56,770 nt of DNA from a virus (Duplodnaviria; Caudoviricetes): IMG/VR virus record IMGVR_UViG_3300037423_000513, positions 1 to 56,770 of that record; one strand, given 5' to 3'. This document shows positions 10,066 to 18,514 of this stretch, piece by piece; the stretch's first letter is position 1; every line of letters starts with the position of its first letter. The notes under the pieces were generated by a model. That model had not been told where the DNA came from. It worked only from the letters and a program-made list of their open reading frames with translations, and did not search any database. The position numbers were made by a program, and so were the translations under genes.

Positions 10066-10455
10066 ATGAATATCGCCATATCGATCACCGATCCAAAGCA
10101 ACAACTTGGACTGCAACGAGCCCTTGCGGCTCAGAACGCGCAGCGCTCGACCCCATTGACCACGGACGAGTTCGTGCAGGGGCTGGTCGCGGACATATGC
10201 GCGGCGTTCGCCCGACAGCATTTGGTTACGCAGATGGACCGCATCACATGGCTCAAGGAGCGATTCACGCAAACTGAGCGAGCAGCTATCCGGCAGGCAG
10301 CAATGACCAATGGCGGCATCGCAGACCTGTGCTCGCTCGTTGATGGCGCAACGGTAGTTCATTTTGATGATCCCGTAACGATCGGCGGAGTCGCGGCTCT
10401 TGAGGCCGCTGGTCTGATCGCTCCTGGCCGCGGCGCTGAGATCCTGGCGATGTAA
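10066..10455 (+). CDS. Tail fibre-associated/chaperone-like protein
   Basis: Directly after fibre; C-terminal ERFTQTERAAI...AAGLIAPGRGAEIL motif seen in fibre-adjacent phage proteins. Confidence 0.55.
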   Translation: MNIAISITDPKQQLGLQRALAAQNAQRSTPLTTDEFVQGLVADICAAFARQHLVTQMDRITWLKERFTQTERAAIRQAAMTNGGIADLCSLVDGATVVHFDDPVTIGGVAALEAAGLIAPGRGAEILAM

Positions 10456-10477
10456 TTACAATCCATCCTGTTCGAAT

Positions 10478-10505
10478 GAGCCGCCTACGGGCGGCTTTTT
10501 CTTTT
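10478..10505 (+). terminator. Rho-independent terminator
   Basis: GAGCCGCC-TACG-GGCGGCTT plus T tract. Confidence 0.8.
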
Positions 10506-10516
10506 CCGAGGTCGCT

Positions 10517-10792
10517 ATGGCGCGTGTTCGTCTCTTTGGTATTTGGCTGGTGTGTGTTCTTTGCGTGGCGCTCGCGGTGCCATGGATGTTCGTTGCTATC
10601 CTGACTGGCTCGCCGCGGGCCTGGACGTTCGCCAAAGCCTTTGATCGCGTCGGCAACGTAACGGCTGGCGGCATCGACGAAGAATACCTGAGTGAAAGGG
10701 CGCAGCGCGTCCGAAAAGAGGGCAGGCGATGGGCGTGTGTGCTTTGCAGGCTACTCGACGTTTTCGACAAGGGGCATTGTGACCGCTATTAA
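10517..10792 (+). CDS. Small phage membrane protein
   Basis: N-terminal TM segment; DRVGNVTAGG..EYLSERA...WACVLCRLLD..DKGHC pattern typical of tail/lysis-adjacent proteins; GAGG RBS. Confidence 0.65.
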   Translation: MARVRLFGIWLVCVLCVALAVPWMFVAILTGSPRAWTFAKAFDRVGNVTAGGIDEEYLSERAQRVRKEGRRWACVLCRLLDVFDKGHCDRY

Positions 10793-10867
10793 CACGAATC
10801 CTTGCTACTGCTGTTCAAAATAGGTGAATATACGGTTGTGTCCGGTAACTCACAGGAGTGCAACCGT

Positions 10868-11782
10868 ATGATATTGGCTAACCTCAGTGCATGGCGCGCT
10901 CGGCCGCTATCGCACAAGCTGAATTTCCCTGAGTTGGTGGTCGCCCTCGGAATCCTCGTTGCTGAGCTTGTGCTTGGGTCAATACTGGGGTTTGAGTTCG
11001 ACTACGAGATTAACCTCCGATTAGCCTTGCCGCTTCTAATTGGTGCTGCGTTATCTTCAATACTGGGTCTTAGTCGGCAAATCATAGATACGTTTTACTT
11101 CGTTGGACTGTGGCTCATCGCAGTTGCGGTTGGTGGACCACTTGCATACTTCGCGGCCATGCCAGGATTTGCGCTACAGGACACCACTTTGGCAGCGGCG
11201 GATCGTTTGATCGGATTTCACTGGCCGGACTGGGCAGCATTCATCCATTCGCATGCCCTTATCGAGAAAGTGCTGAAATTGAGCTATGCAAGCATCGGGC
11301 TCCAGGCGTTTGCATCGGCCTTCTACTTCGGTGCGCGCAGTATGACCGTAAGGAATCTTGAGCTGTTTTGGATCGGGCTGGTATCCCTATCGATTACGCT
11401 AGCTGTGTTCGCGCTCTACCCAGCGCTTGGACCGATTCCATTTTTCAATGTTAAGTCCGAGACGGCGCCGTATCTAGCACACCTGCTGCAGCTTCGCGAT
11501 GGGGCGTTGCACAGCTTGATTTCCGAAAAAATGCAAGGCCTCGTGTCCTTCCCGTCCTATCACACAGCTTGCGCTTGCACGTTCATGTATGTGCATCGCC
11601 GGCAGCGTTACCTATTCCCCGTGGTAGTTGCGCTGAATACCCTGATGCTGCTGTCTACGCCGTCGACGGGCGGCCACTACCTGATTGATATCCCGGCCGG
11701 GTTCGTCGTGGCGGCGGGATCCATCGCGATAGTGCGTTATGCGCTTTCGAAGAGGCTAAAACCAAATATCAACAGATATTAA
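10868..11782 (+). CDS. PAP2-superfamily (Aur1/PAP2_3-like) integral membrane phosphatase/phosphotransferase, moron
   Basis: Multiple TM helices, SFPSYH and GGHYLIDIPAG motifs; CAGGAG RBS before ATG 10868; visibly lower GC; own terminator. Confidence 0.8.
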   Translation: MILANLSAWRARPLSHKLNFPELVVALGILVAELVLGSILGFEFDYEINLRLALPLLIGAALSSILGLSRQIIDTFYFVGLWLIAVAVGGPLAYFAAMPGFALQDTTLAAADRLIGFHWPDWAAFIHSHALIEKVLKLSYASIGLQAFASAFYFGARSMTVRNLELFWIGLVSLSITLAVFALYPALGPIPFFNVKSETAPYLAHLLQLRDGALHSLISEKMQGLVSFPSYHTACACTFMYVHRRQRYLFPVVVALNTLMLLSTPSTGGHYLIDIPAGFVVAAGSIAIVRYALSKRLKPNINRY

Positions 11783-11823
11783 TTCAACTTCGCCGGCAAC
11801 AGCCGGCAGTCACTTCCTCAACC

Positions 11824-11847
11824 AGCCCGCCATGTGCGGGCTTTTTT
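11824..11847 (+). terminator. Rho-independent terminator after moron
   Basis: AGCCCGC-CATGT-GCGGGCT plus T tract. Confidence 0.75.
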
Positions 11848-11858
11848 ACGGGCTCACC

Positions 11859-12122
11859 GTGAATGATCAACTCAACCAAGTAGAAGCCCTCGCTACCGCA
11901 AGGGTCTCCATCGCACGCCTTGAAGTGGAGGTGGCGCATTTGCGCATGGGCCTTGCGGCCGTCGAAGAGAGTAACCAGCAACTGACCGCCAAGCTCGATC
12001 AAGTGCTGCTTACTCTTTCCGAGGCCCGGGGCGGCTGGAAAACACTGATGGTCGTTGGCGGGGCTGCCTCAGCCGTCGGCGCTGTCATCACATGGATCGT
12101 GCAGCATTTCTACAAGGGGTAG
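11859..12122 (+). CDS. Holin/antiholin-like coiled-coil protein with C-terminal TM
   Basis: Coiled coil followed by GGWKTLMVVGGAASAVGAVITW; start of lysis cassette. Confidence 0.6.
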   Translation: MNDQLNQVEALATARVSIARLEVEVAHLRMGLAAVEESNQQLTAKLDQVLLTLSEARGGWKTLMVVGGAASAVGAVITWIVQHFYKG

Positions 12123-12125
12123 GGC

Positions 12126-12353
12126 ATGCGGATCAATCTCGTAGATGACTGGCGGACGATCCTGCGTAAAGCGTGGTCGGTGAAGTTCAATGTGCTCGCA
12201 GCAATCTGCAGTGGCGCCGAGATTGCGGTTCAGATCTGGCAGCCGGCAGGGGTTCGCCCAGGCGTCTTTGCGAGCATCGCGGTTTGCATATCGATCGCCG
12301 CGGCTGGCGCCCGGGTGATGGCACAGAAGGAGCTTAGCAATGACGCCAAGTAG
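12126..12353 (+). CDS. Holin
   Basis: LVDDWRTILRKAWSVKF start, two hydrophobic segments, directly before lysozyme. Confidence 0.7.
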   Translation: MRINLVDDWRTILRKAWSVKFNVLAAICSGAEIAVQIWQPAGVRPGVFASIAVCISIAAAGARVMAQKELSNDAK

Positions 12354-12825
12354 ACCGGGTAAACGCGGCCTCGCCGCCATTGTCGGATCCGTCGCAGCTG
12401 CTAGCCTGCTCGTATTCACGCCAGCCCAAGAGGGCGCCGTCTACGCTACTTACAAAGACGTTGGGGGCGTGCTTACCTACTGTACGGGGGCGACGGAGGA
12501 CGCGCAGTGGGGCAAGACCTACTCGCCTGCAGAGTGTGCGGCCCAGCTTGATCGCGACCTCGAGCGACACGCGGCAGGCATCGCCAAGTGCGTGAATATG
12601 GATCGCCTCACGGACGGGCAGCGCGTCGCATTCGTGGATGCCGCTTTCAATATTGGCGTGCCGGCGTTCTGCGGGTCGAGCATGGTGCGCAAGACAAATA
12701 GTGGCGACATGCGTGGCGCCTGTGATGCGCTCTTGCTCTGGAACCGGGTCGGCGGGCGCGAAGTGGTCGGGCTAACAAAGCGACGGCAGCGCGAGCGCGA
12801 ACTTTGCCTGAAGGGACTGACATGA
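12340..12825 (+). CDS. SAR-type endolysin, GH24 lysozyme
   Basis: N-terminal Ala-rich SAR helix; EG-x7-D-x5-T/C catalytic region; FNIG and GLTKRRQRERELC motifs. Confidence 0.9.
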   Translation: MTPSRPGKRGLAAIVGSVAAASLLVFTPAQEGAVYATYKDVGGVLTYCTGATEDAQWGKTYSPAECAAQLDRDLERHAAGIAKCVNMDRLTDGQRVAFVDAAFNIGVPAFCGSSMVRKTNSGDMRGACDALLLWNRVGGREVVGLTKRRQRERELCLKGLT

Positions 12826-13196
12826 TCGCCGCCCTCATGCTGCGCTTCTCGCCGTACAGGCTGCTGTTGGTCTTGGCCATTGGCTTCGGTGCAGGCTGGC
12901 TCGTCAACGGCTGGCGGCTGCACTCCGCGCTGGCCAAGGTCGAGGCAGCACACGTTAAAGAGAAGGCCGATCAGGCGACTGCCGCTATGAACACACTGAA
13001 AGCCGACGCCGACAAGATCCACCAGGCGGCCACCGAGTACACCGGCATTCAGAACACACTCGCGCCCAAGATTGCGGCGCTCACGAAGGAGCTACGCAAT
13101 GCGCCTCGCCTCCCTGTGGATTGCAAGCCTGACCCTGTACGGGTGCGCAACCTCGACTCCGCCATCGACGCCGCCAATCAGGCCATCCCTCGATAG
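12822..13196 (+). CDS. i-spanin (Rz-like)
   Basis: N-terminal TM then coiled coil, follows endolysin. Confidence 0.75.
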   Translation: MIAALMLRFSPYRLLLVLAIGFGAGWLVNGWRLHSALAKVEAAHVKEKADQATAAMNTLKADADKIHQAATEYTGIQNTLAPKIAALTKELRNAPRLPVDCKPDPVRVRNLDSAIDAANQAIPR

Positions 13197-13341
13197 CGCG
13201 CTCGCCGCTCCATGCCCGGCCATCGTAAAACCTGACGCGCCAGATTACGACGTATGGCAGCTGTGGGCGATCGATCTGCTGCACCAATACGCCAACTGCG
13301 CCGCCCGCCATGCCAAGACCGTCCAGGCTTGGCCTAAGTGA
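13099..13341 (+). CDS. o-spanin lipoprotein (Rz1-like), overlapping Rz
   Basis: Signal peptide with lipobox LYGC, Pro-rich, second Cys in YANCAARH. Confidence 0.75.
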   Translation: MRLASLWIASLTLYGCATSTPPSTPPIRPSLDSALAAPCPAIVKPDAPDYDVWQLWAIDLLHQYANCAARHAKTVQAWPK

Positions 13342-13350
13342 AGGAAAAGC

Positions 13351-14130
13351 ATGACCAAAATTCTGTTCATCCCAGATAGCCAGGTGAAGCCCGGTGATGA
13401 TCTTAGCTTCCTGACGCGAATCGGTCACTACATCGTCGACAAGAAGCCTGATGTTATTGTTCATGCTGGTGATTTCGCGGACATGCAAAGCCTGAGTAGC
13501 TATGACAAGGGTAAGCGCTCCTATGAAGGGCGAAGGTACAAAGCCGACATAAAGGCTGCGCATGATGGGATGGAGGCGCTTCTAGGTCCGCTGCGCGACT
13601 ACAACCTCATGCGAGTGCGGAACAAGAAATCCCCATATCGTCCGCGCATGGTTCTCACGCTCGGCAACCATGAGAACCGCATCAACCGAACCATCGACGA
13701 TGAACCGCTGTTGGACGGCACCATCTCTACCGACGACCTGATGTACGAGCAATACGGCTGGGAAGTCCATCCGTTCCTCGAAGTGGTGGTCATTGAAGGC
13801 ATCGCCTTCGCTCACTATTTCACGACCGGCGCGATGGGGCGACCGGCTTCATCGGCACAAGCCATGCTGAACAAGAAGCATATGTCGTGCATTGCCGGCC
13901 ACCAGCAGGGCAGACAGTCGGCAACTGGCGTCAAGGCAGACGGCCGGCAAATTACCGCAATCATCGCGGGATCCTGCTACGAGCATGCTGAAGAATATCT
14001 GGGACCACAAGGGAATAAGCACTGGCACGGCGTCATCATGCTGCACAACGTGAGCAACGGAGAATTTGATGAGTGCTTCGTGCCCCTGCATTACATCAAC
14101 GAGAGATATGGAGAGGCACATGCTGCGTGA
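13351..14130 (+). CDS. Calcineurin-like metallophosphoesterase
   Basis: IPDSQ, GDFAD, GNHE, AHY and GHQQ motifs. Confidence 0.85.
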   Translation: MTKILFIPDSQVKPGDDLSFLTRIGHYIVDKKPDVIVHAGDFADMQSLSSYDKGKRSYEGRRYKADIKAAHDGMEALLGPLRDYNLMRVRNKKSPYRPRMVLTLGNHENRINRTIDDEPLLDGTISTDDLMYEQYGWEVHPFLEVVVIEGIAFAHYFTTGAMGRPASSAQAMLNKKHMSCIAGHQQGRQSATGVKADGRQITAIIAGSCYEHAEEYLGPQGNKHWHGVIMLHNVSNGEFDECFVPLHYINERYGEAHAA

Positions 14131-14419
14131 GCGAGCAGAAGTGCACAGCCGCGCCAGAAATGCTGGCTCCGTCATAGCCCGGTCATGGTATATTCACTCA
14201 ACGGAACATCGGATGAAAGGCTATGCTTTATGTCTCTCGTTGTTGATCAACTCCAATCTTATTCCAATGAGCTGGACAAGGCCGTGATCGCCCTCGGCTC
14301 GGACAGTATCAGACTGGAACTTGCGTCAATCCGCACGGGAATTGAGCGAGCTAAGCTGCAGCTCAGCTCCTGTGCTATGCCAGTTCTACCGAAGATCATT
14401 TTCGACATCTCCTGACCCG

Positions 14420-14590
14420 CTAGACCGAAAGCCTACGTTCCAAAGGCATGGTCATCACCCGTGCCGCAACCTCAGCCGGCACTCCGCTGGCGGCAAGCGT
14501 GACAGACGTCGCCAGCCAGCCCACCAACGGCAGCAGGATCAGCGCCAGGTCGACCCGGCTGGCGGTGATGTGGTCAATGCGTTCGATCAT
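14420..14590 (-). CDS. Small hypothetical protein (56 aa, MIERIDHITASRVDLAL...MPLERRLSV)
   Basis: Read manually (below ORF-track cutoff); resembles small proteins I associate with Oxalobacteraceae. Confidence 0.5.
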   Translation of the reverse strand: MIERIDHITASRVDLALILLPLVGWLATSVTLAASGVPAEVAARVMTMPLERRLSV

Positions 14591-14640
14591 GGCGGCAGGA
14601 TACAGCCCGACAGCCGTGCGCTAGTTGAGCTCACGCAGGC

Positions 14641-14663
14641 TGCTATACTGTACACATGTACAG
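14641..14663 (+). promoter_or_regulatory. LexA (SOS) box overlapping extended -10 promoter
   Basis: Perfect palindrome CTGTACACATGTACAG (14648-14663); TGcTATACT at 14641-14649. Confidence 0.8.
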
Positions 14664-14946
14664 CATAGTCAAACGCCTACGTGACAAGGGAGTGACGCGC
14701 TCCCGCGACGATATCGCCATTGACCACGGTTACGAAGGCGAACTGCGCTTTGGCGCGGTAGGCCTGGTGCCGACCGCAACGCTGACCGAGTCCGACGACG
14801 AGCACTTCCGACCTATCATTCCTGCGCTCGAGCACGCGGAACTGGTCGTGATGCGCGTGGACATGATGATGTTTCGCGGTATCGAGCGGGACAAGAGCGG
14901 GGCAGGGTACGAGCAGGAGTGGTCAGTTAGAATCGTCGGGTACTAA
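14656..14946 (+). CDS. Probably SOS-inducible small hypothetical protein, likely leaderless
   Basis: ATG lies inside the LexA box, 7 nt after the -10 element. Confidence 0.7.
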   Translation: MYSIVKRLRDKGVTRSRDDIAIDHGYEGELRFGAVGLVPTATLTESDDEHFRPIIPALEHAELVVMRVDMMMFRGIERDKSGAGYEQEWSVRIVGY

Positions 14947-14949
14947 GGC

Positions 14950-15183
14950 GCAGTAATCACATCGCCTCCAGTTACTAAAATACAGGTCTAAGTCCTTGTT
15001 TACATTGGGCCTATACAGTGGGCGAAGGTTGGAATGTTATAATGCTTGATTCGGCATTAAGCCTTTGATCCATTTCAGAAAACTTTCATCTACGAATGTT
15101 AAGTACAGCCAAACACACGAACTAGCATCCATGCGGGTTTCAGCGGGTTTTACAGAAATCCGTAGAAAATCCTACTGAAATCG
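14950..15183. other. Probable attP region
   Basis: AT-rich non-coding gap immediately downstream of the integrase stop; core not identified. Confidence 0.6.
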
Positions 15184-16281
15184 TCACGCAGCAATTACCT
15201 GCCAATCGCCCCTGAGATCATGATATTTGTCGGTCATTGCGGCGGTTTTGTGACCGAGCATCGACTGAGCAAAGGCAGCACCGAATTGCTCCCGGTACAG
15301 GCGCTCGGACAGGCTCCGGATCTCATGGAAACTCGGCGGGGTGCGCCCCTCGGCCGCCTTGATGCCGGCAGCTTCACGGGCATTCTGGAAAGCATTCGAC
15401 AGGCCGTTACTTGTCACCCGATCACCGGGCTTGGCTGATCCCTGATGTTCGACGTGGTGGACGAGATACTGCGTAGTGATCAGGTCCCTACATGCCTGCA
15501 CTGCCTCACCGATAGATACGCCGACCTTGGCCAACCGAATATCTCCGCTCAGCCGGAGTTTGACGGTCCCGTTGCTCTTTCCTTGGGTGACGTGCAAATA
15601 CCCTTCGCGCCAGTCCGAGAACTTCATGCTCGCGATGTCGTCACGGCGTTGGGCCGTGGTCAGTGCCAAGTACATAGCGCGCTGGAGCCACCGTGGCGCT
15701 TTTGCATGGATTGCGTGGAACTGCTCGAGTGACAGACGCTCGCGCTTTACCTGAGGCCGCGGCGCCCTGGTTGCGGAGACTGGATTGCGACCAACGTCGA
15801 TCAGACCTTGCGTTTCGGCCCAGCGGAACACGTCACTCATGCGCGCTCGCACAGCATTGGCTGTCGCTTCTCCGCTTTCTTCCTCAACTTCCTCCAGAAA
15901 CTTCGCCACGTGCGCTGTGGTGATATCCTTCAGCCGGCGCTTGCCGATATCCGCCTCTGTCATCTTTTTGATGTACATCGTGCAGGCGCGAATCGTGTTG
16001 TCGCGAGGCTTCTTTTTCTCCAGCCACAGTTCCTTGTAGACTGGTAGCCAACCCTCAAGCGTGTATTCCGTCTTGCCCATCACCCAATCGACCAGCGATG
16101 ACGGCTCACGCGTTGCCAGTGCCGCATTAGCCTTGCGCGCCTGCTGCACGGCGTGCGCTTTATCCCGCCCAAGCCCTTTTTGCGTCTTCTCGATCGGGTT
16201 ACGGTAGTAGAAGTACCCTGCCGGGTTCTGGTACAGGTTCGGCGGCAGGGCACGGTTCTTGGCTAAACGTCTACGGCCCAT
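15184..16281 (-). CDS. int: Tyrosine integrase, lambda-type with arm-binding domain
   Basis: TAQRRDDI (R), FHEIRSL (H-x-x-R), LGHK, DKY motifs; N-terminal LPPNLY arm domain. Confidence 0.95.
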   Translation of the reverse strand: MGRRRLAKNRALPPNLYQNPAGYFYYRNPIEKTQKGLGRDKAHAVQQARKANAALATREPSSLVDWVMGKTEYTLEGWLPVYKELWLEKKKPRDNTIRACTMYIKKMTEADIGKRRLKDITTAHVAKFLEEVEEESGEATANAVRARMSDVFRWAETQGLIDVGRNPVSATRAPRPQVKRERLSLEQFHAIHAKAPRWLQRAMYLALTTAQRRDDIASMKFSDWREGYLHVTQGKSNGTVKLRLSGDIRLAKVGVSIGEAVQACRDLITTQYLVHHVEHQGSAKPGDRVTSNGLSNAFQNAREAAGIKAAEGRTPPSFHEIRSLSERLYREQFGAAFAQSMLGHKTAAMTDKYHDLRGDWQVIAA

Positions 16282-16282
16282 C

Positions 16283-16474
16283 TTAGTCCGCCACGTATTG
16301 CGCGTCCCGCTTCACTTGCCAGGACTTGCCAATCTTCTTTGGCTGGGGCTGTATCCGGCCATCGTGAACCCAGCGGAGTAGGGTGTTTTCGTGCGGGATC
16401 TTCGAGAACATCATCGCCGCCCACTCGCGGAGCGTCACGTAACGTGACTGCACGACTGGTTTTACTGCTGGCAT
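16283..16474 (-). CDS. xis: Excisionase
   Basis: YVTLREWA...TLLRWVHDGRIQPQPKKIGKSWQV is lambda Xis-like; AAGGAGGAG RBS; adjacent to int. Confidence 0.85.
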   Translation of the reverse strand: MPAVKPVVQSRYVTLREWAAMMFSKIPHENTLLRWVHDGRIQPQPKKIGKSWQVKRDAQYVAD

Positions 16475-16475
16475 A

Positions 16476-16607
16476 TCACTCCTCCTTACAGTTGCATACT
16501 TCATCGCCTTGGGCGCAATCTCCGTCACAGCAAGGCGCCTTGATCAGTTTGTTTGCTGCCCATGTGCCGAGCAGCAGAATGGCCGCGAATAGTAGCGCGT
16601 CAATCAT
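16476..16607 (-). CDS. 43-aa TM plus Cys-rich peptide
   Basis: MIDALLFAAILLLGTWAANKLIKAPCCDGDCAQGDEVCNCKEE, ATGA-coupled to upstream gene. Confidence 0.5.
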   Translation of the reverse strand: MIDALLFAAILLLGTWAANKLIKAPCCDGDCAQGDEVCNCKEE

Positions 16608-16999
16608 GCCGGCTCCTTCCCGGCTTTGGTGTGAGCGCCAATAGATGCGCGCAGTCGGTCGGCGCGGTCCTGTTGTGCGTTGGCAAAAACGGTGCGGCCC
16701 TGCTCGCGGTTGTGCTTCGCGCCCGATTCGAATACAGCAGCGGCTTCTTCGGCCACATCCCGTAGGCGCTCGACTTCGGCGATCAGTTCAAGCACAGTAG
16801 CGGGGGAAGCAGCGGCGATGAATGCGGCGTTGGCCTTGGTACAAACGATGTCGCCCACGCCTCGGTAGCAAGTCCCACTAAGCACGCCGCCGTCCTTCCC
16901 ATCCGCGCCGGTCAGGCGCAACGTGCTATTGCTCGTCCACCATTGCCACGGTCCGGGCGTTGCCGCCAGTGCCAGCGCCTTCATCTTGCCGAGGTCCAT
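16604..16999 (-). CDS. Ead/Ea22-like protein
   Basis: LALAATPGPW...ANAAFIAAASPATVLELIAEVERL signature. Confidence 0.8.
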   Translation of the reverse strand: MDLGKMKALALAATPGPWQWWTSNSTLRLTGADGKDGGVLSGTCYRGVGDIVCTKANAAFIAAASPATVLELIAEVERLRDVAEEAAAVFESGAKHNREQGRTVFANAQQDRADRLRASIGAHTKAGKEPA

Positions 17000-17704
17000 T
17001 TACGTCTCCTTGGTGGCGAGATTTACGCTGCTTGCCTCAAGCAGTCGCCATGCTGTTGCAGCCACGATTGGAACCTGGCCGTTGCCAGTGGCTGCGAGTC
17101 GGTCCATCCGATGGGCCAGCCCATTAACCATTCGTGATTCGTCGGGGTAGGTTTCCCAAATGCGCGGACGAACTCGCGCGCGCACTTCCATTTCTGCATT
17201 GACTTGGCCGCATAGTTCGCCGTACAGGTCGGTGTATGCACGAAGCCAATATCGTTCCCGTTCATGGTCTGCACCCACGTTTGACGCGGAAAGACCGATG
17301 CAACTGACCTCGTAACCCATCGCTTCGAGGTCTTCCGCCGCTCGGTCGATGGCGCGCCGCTGGACGTTTTCGGCGAATACGTACCGGGGAGCGACATCTG
17401 CCACGATCCGTCGCATCTCCGGCCAGAGATCGTCTGCAACGTTTTTCCCCGCAGCTGCGCTGGAATAGGCTTGACAGGGAAACCCGCCTGAAACCACATC
17501 AACAATTCCGCGCCATGGGTATCCGTCGAAGGTACGAACATCATCCCAAACTGGGAACGGTGCAAGATGCCCTTCATTTTGTCGCTGCATGAGTCGTCGA
17601 GCGCAGAAGGCGCTGTATTCCACGGAGACGACTGTGCGCCATCCGAGCAGCTTGCCGCCGAGTATGCCGCCTCCAGCGCCTGCGAAAAGTGCCAGCTCAT
17701 TCAC
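17000..17704 (-). CDS. C5 cytosine methyltransferase, alpha frame (motifs I-VIII and X)
   Basis: FAGAGG, GGFPCQ, ENV, HERER and GNGQVP motifs; GTG start after AAGGAGG. Confidence 0.85.
   Translation of the reverse strand: MNELALFAGAGGGILGGKLLGWRTVVSVEYSAFCARRLMQRQNEGHLAPFPVWDDVRTFDGYPWRGIVDVVSGGFPCQAYSSAAAGKNVADDLWPEMRRIVADVAPRYVFAENVQRRAIDRAAEDLEAMGYEVSCIGLSASNVGADHERERYWLRAYTDLYGELCGQVNAEMEVRARVRPRIWETYPDESRMVNGLAHRMDRLAATGNGQVPIVAATAWRLLEASSVNLATKET
17023..17700 (-). CDS. Overlapping beta-frame polypeptide of the methyltransferase (TRD-like segment plus motif IX)
   Basis: Open 225-codon alternative frame ending EWLMGWPIGWT; conserved with 34651..35478. Confidence 0.7.
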   Translation of the reverse strand: MSWHFSQALEAAYSAASCSDGAQSSPWNTAPSALDDSCSDKMKGILHRSQFGMMFVPSTDTHGAELLMWFQAGFPVKPIPAQLRGKTLQTISGRRCDGSWQMSLPGTYSPKTSSGAPSTERRKTSKRWVTRSVASVFPRQTWVQTMNGNDIGFVHTPTCTANYAAKSMQKWKCAREFVRAFGKPTPTNHEWLMGWPIGWTDSQPLATARFQSWLQQHGDCLRQAA

Positions 17705-18396
17705 GCTTCCTCCTTTCCATTCAGAGGTGTAGGGGCGGCAGCGCGCCATTCCTCTGCCGTACGGCGAACGCCTTCTGCGGTGCCAGGGTTCTTGAGCGCA
17801 CAAGCCAGCACTTCAAGCGTGGTCGCCATGCGGTTGCCGATCTCAACTAGTTCATCTGGCGCTGTTCCAGCGGTGCGACCGTCGATGTAGGCGATGAGGG
17901 CGTTCATCGGTTTCTCGATGCTCTCGTTGTAAGATCCGGCGCGGTACACATCGCCAGCCAGATCCTCAAACGTTGAATCGTCACCGATGCTCTGCACCGC
18001 TCCCCGCGCCCGTTCTGCATCCTTGCGCGCGTTCTCGCTGCCGATAAAGGCGGCACGGGCCTGTTCCAGCTCGCGCTCCAGGTGGCGGATACGCTCGGCA
18101 AATGGGGCGATGGCGTCTTGCTGGGCCTGCCGTAGTTCGATATCGGTATACCCATAGACATCGGGATCGCAAAGAAACACTTCATCCGGCAACGGCGGCA
18201 GGGGGATGGCTTCGCCATTCGTCCCCATAGGGGCGGAGACAGGAGGGGTGCGGGCATTCCATCCAGCAGTGCAATCGTCGGCGTTTGGCCCTTCGTAGTT
18301 CACGCCACATTCGCAAGCCGCCATGAAATACTCTTCCATATCGTGCATCTTGGCAGCGCCGCCACACATCGGGCAAGGTTTCAGTTCATCGCTCAT
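17701..18396 (-). CDS. Lar-like (restriction alleviation) Zn-finger mosaic protein
   Basis: MSDELKPCPMCGG...CECG...WNAR signature. Confidence 0.7.
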   Translation of the reverse strand: MSDELKPCPMCGGAAKMHDMEEYFMAACECGVNYEGPNADDCTAGWNARTPPVSAPMGTNGEAIPLPPLPDEVFLCDPDVYGYTDIELRQAQQDAIAPFAERIRHLERELEQARAAFIGSENARKDAERARGAVQSIGDDSTFEDLAGDVYRAGSYNESIEKPMNALIAYIDGRTAGTAPDELVEIGNRMATTLEVLACALKNPGTAEGVRRTAEEWRAAAPTPLNGKEEA

Positions 18397-18514
18397 GCTT
18401 CCGATCCTTTCTGTGGTTGACTGGCGGCACGACTGATAATCCAATCGACCGCCAAGATGACAACGGCCACACCGACGATGATGCCCGCGATACAGCAGTC
18501 GCGTTCTGTTTCGT

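Noticed and set aside
15010-15050. Specific att core or host target gene
   Set aside because: A plausible coding-like stretch is present but I cannot identify the target without a host genome search
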